Below are positions 61,445 through 64,000 of a stretch of 64,000 bases of DNA, in pieces. The first letter of the stretch is position 1. Every line of letters starts with the position of its first letter. A program made the translations under genes and the position numbers. The notes under the pieces were generated by a model. The model had not been told where the DNA came from. It saw only the letters and a program-made list of their open reading frames with translations, and made no database searches. Source of the DNA: Octopus sinensis (taxonomy: Eukaryota); assembly GCF_006345805.1 (NCBI RefSeq), contig NC_042997.1, positions 43,090,001 through 43,154,000 of the forward strand, read 5' to 3'.

Positions 61445-62531
61445 AACTAAAAGATTTAATTACCTTGATCTTTGTAAAAGCTGTTTTGTAAAAGATTTTT
61501 TGGCGTTGCTGATTTTTTTATCCCTTTTCCTGATATATATATAAGTCAACATTTACTTTATGTTCAAGGCGTGTAAAGTTATATTCGATGTTCTTGAACA
61601 GGTTGTTGTGGTAATGGCTTAACAAGTCAGCTTTGAGAAAACAAATCTCTTCAAAGATCTTCTAGTCGTAATCATCATTTTTTTTCCTTTTTTCTATCTT
61701 ACTTATCTTCTTCAAACTTAGTATCCAATAACTCTTATTTTTCCCTTTTCAAGACAGAATTAATTACGAAGGAGAGATTTGGCTACTGTTTCTTGGTAGG
61801 TCGAGAGACCCATAAGTCTTCTTAGTTGATTCGTAACGCTGGTGGGTTGTCTCTTATGTAGTCTCGAGGTAGTTTTTCCTCTGCATTTTTGTTTTTATTA
61901 AGAAATAGAATTAAACCAGTTGTCTGTTGAAGTTTTAAAAAATATTTGTAATTGAAAATAGGAACAGAAAGGCAGAAAGGCGCCACGTAAACTATTCTTT
62001 GTTTTCAGCAAATAGACGAGTCTTTTAACTGAGACTAACTAAAGCAACCCCGTCATTTTTTATACTAGTGTGAGTGGGGGGTGGGGAGGAGGGAGAGAAA
62101 GAGAAGAGAAAGGAATTTGCGTAAGAGTTAGGAAAGCTTGTGCGCGCGAGTTAATAGTGTTTACACCCAAGCCAGTATTAAGGAGCGGCTAAAACTATAC
62201 GAAGAGTCGTCGTATAGAATAACAGATTACTTGCTTATCGTTTTTTAATTTACATCTTTTTTAAGGAACAGATTTTTTTTTACTCTGTGTGTGTGTGTGG
62301 GTGTGAGTGTGTGTGAGTGTGTGTGGGGGATGTGCGTGCGTGAATGAGCGCGCGCGCGCGCACGTGTGCTTGTGTGTGTCTAGCTGAGTGTCACAGGAAT
62401 GTTTTTTTTTATTTTGCTTTTATATATCGCCAATCACCACCCCCACCTCAAATATCACCGTCTTCGGCCTTTCCCTACACAATGGATTTACCAATTCTAC
62501 AGTCCGTCTGGAGCAGTGTTGCATTTTCAAT

Positions 62532-62808
62532 TACATACATACATACACACATACATACATACATACGTATGTACGTACGTACGTACATACATACATACAT
62601 ACATACATACATACATACATACATACATACATACGTACGTACGTACATACATACATACATACATACATACATACATACATACATACATACATACATACGT
62701 ACGTACGTACGTACATACATACATACATACATACATACATACATTCATACATACATTCATACATACATACATACATACATACATACATACATACATACAT
62801 ACATACAT
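62532..62808. repeat. (TACA)n microsatellite with TACG variants
   Basis: About 275 bp direct tetranucleotide array. Confidence 0.97.
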
Positions 62809-64000
62809 GAGATGAAAAAGAGCCTTGACCTAGTTACAACATTCTCAAAGGATGTAGGGTTCGAATTTGGTCAGGAAAAATGTTATTATATGGTTGTGTA
62901 AAAGGGGAAAACTATAAACCAGACTAGTAACATCTCCATCAATGATTTGACTGTTTCCCCTGCATCTGACAAGGAATGTTACTGGTATCTAGGGGTGGAT
63001 GAAAGCATATCTTACAATGGCACTCATAACAAAACACGTGTTACTAAAGAATTTTACTGCCGAATAAAGAAAATTTGGACCTCAGAACTTTCTGCTTGCT
63101 ATAAAAGTGGCCCTCAATGTATTTGCAGTACCAGTGCTCATACCAACATTTGGGCTGCTTGATTGGATGCTTGATGAGATCCGAGCCACTGATGTGAAAA
63201 CCCGAAAAATACTAACAAGCACACATAATTTCCGCATGAACAGTTATGTAGACCGCCTCTACCTAAAACGAAAACAAGGTGGCAGAGGCTTAACATCGAT
63301 CCAACATGCCTTTGAATGTCGTATCACATCTCTTCGGCAACATCTTTTAATCACCAAGCGTAGAAATCCACCCCTTGACCAAGTTTGCATGCATAAGGCT
63401 GATAACACCATAATACTTAGAAGGCAGATCCTTGAGCAACATTCTTTGTCTGATAACCTAGAATACATGCCCAAAGAAGTCGCACAACTCTACCGCAACG
63501 TATCATCAGATGAAAGGATGACCCTATATGAGCAGAAGACTATGCATGGGTCTGTTAGTAGAAAGCTCCGAAATGATAGTAACATTGATCATGAAAGCAG
63601 TCTATCATGGACCAATAACCGGATTACTACCTCCCACTTTAAAGGGTATGCGTTTTCAATCCAGGAATAGGAAATATCAACCAAATAGCTGATGCACAAA
63701 AGGGATAGAGATGCAGGAAAAGCAGTAAAATGTGACAACCGATGCAGGCTTTGTGGAGTTAACACCGAAGATATCACCCACATCATTAGCAGTTGTCCGA
63801 AAATGTCATCACGGTATTATCTACCGATGAGACATGACATTGTAGCTCGGACACTCTTTAATGAAATCCGTTAGGAGAATAACCCGAGGACAAAAAAATA
63901 AAAACCCACAGTATGGTGGAAGCTATAGCCACTCATAATAAAAAGGAATATTTGTGGAATGTCCCAGTGAAGACCCCAATAAAATGTAAGCACAACAGAC
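62809..64000 (+). mobile_element. 5'-truncated R4/Dong-like (REL-endonuclease) non-LTR retrotransposon, continuing beyond the window
   Basis: Post-YxDD RT (FSKDVGFEFGQEKC, YWYLGV), RIKKIWTSEL, FAVPVL..FG..W, RLYLKRKQGGRGL, CCHC knuckle CRLCGVNTEDITHIISSC and RHD motif; stops and a frameshift. Confidence 0.82.

Noticed and set aside
62344-62901. HTYI/MYVC-repeat ORFs of 89-185 aa
   Set aside because: Translations of the (TACA)n microsatellite.

Overview
AT-rich, repeat-dense eukaryotic genomic DNA. The SINE families, long (TA)n fields and RTE/CR1 LINEs suggest a cephalopod such as Octopus; this is inference, not a database result. Two host genes are visible, both on the minus strand. (1) A complete single-coding-exon Toll-like receptor of the protostome multiple-cysteine-cluster type (50641-54015, 1124 aa). 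(2) Two spliced exons (8037-7674 and 2270-2189) of a pectin-acetylesterase/Notum-family hydrolase with an apparent type II membrane anchor; it runs off the left edge. The rest is mobile DNA: a near-full-length RTE LINE with a PHD finger inside its RT, CR1-like and R4/Dong-like LINE fragments, four tRNA-derived SINE families, mariner and hAT relics, several MITEs and non-autonomous Helitrons including a perfect head-to-tail dimer. The most unusual spots are a 116-bp palindrome containing a hammerhead-ribozyme fold (35293-35408) and a 7-kb (TA)n field holding six separate retroposon insertions, including a 3.3-kb higher-order array built from RTE 3' UTRs. No bacterial-type system or CRISPR array is present. 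All coordinates were read by eye and repeat boundaries may be off by a few bases.
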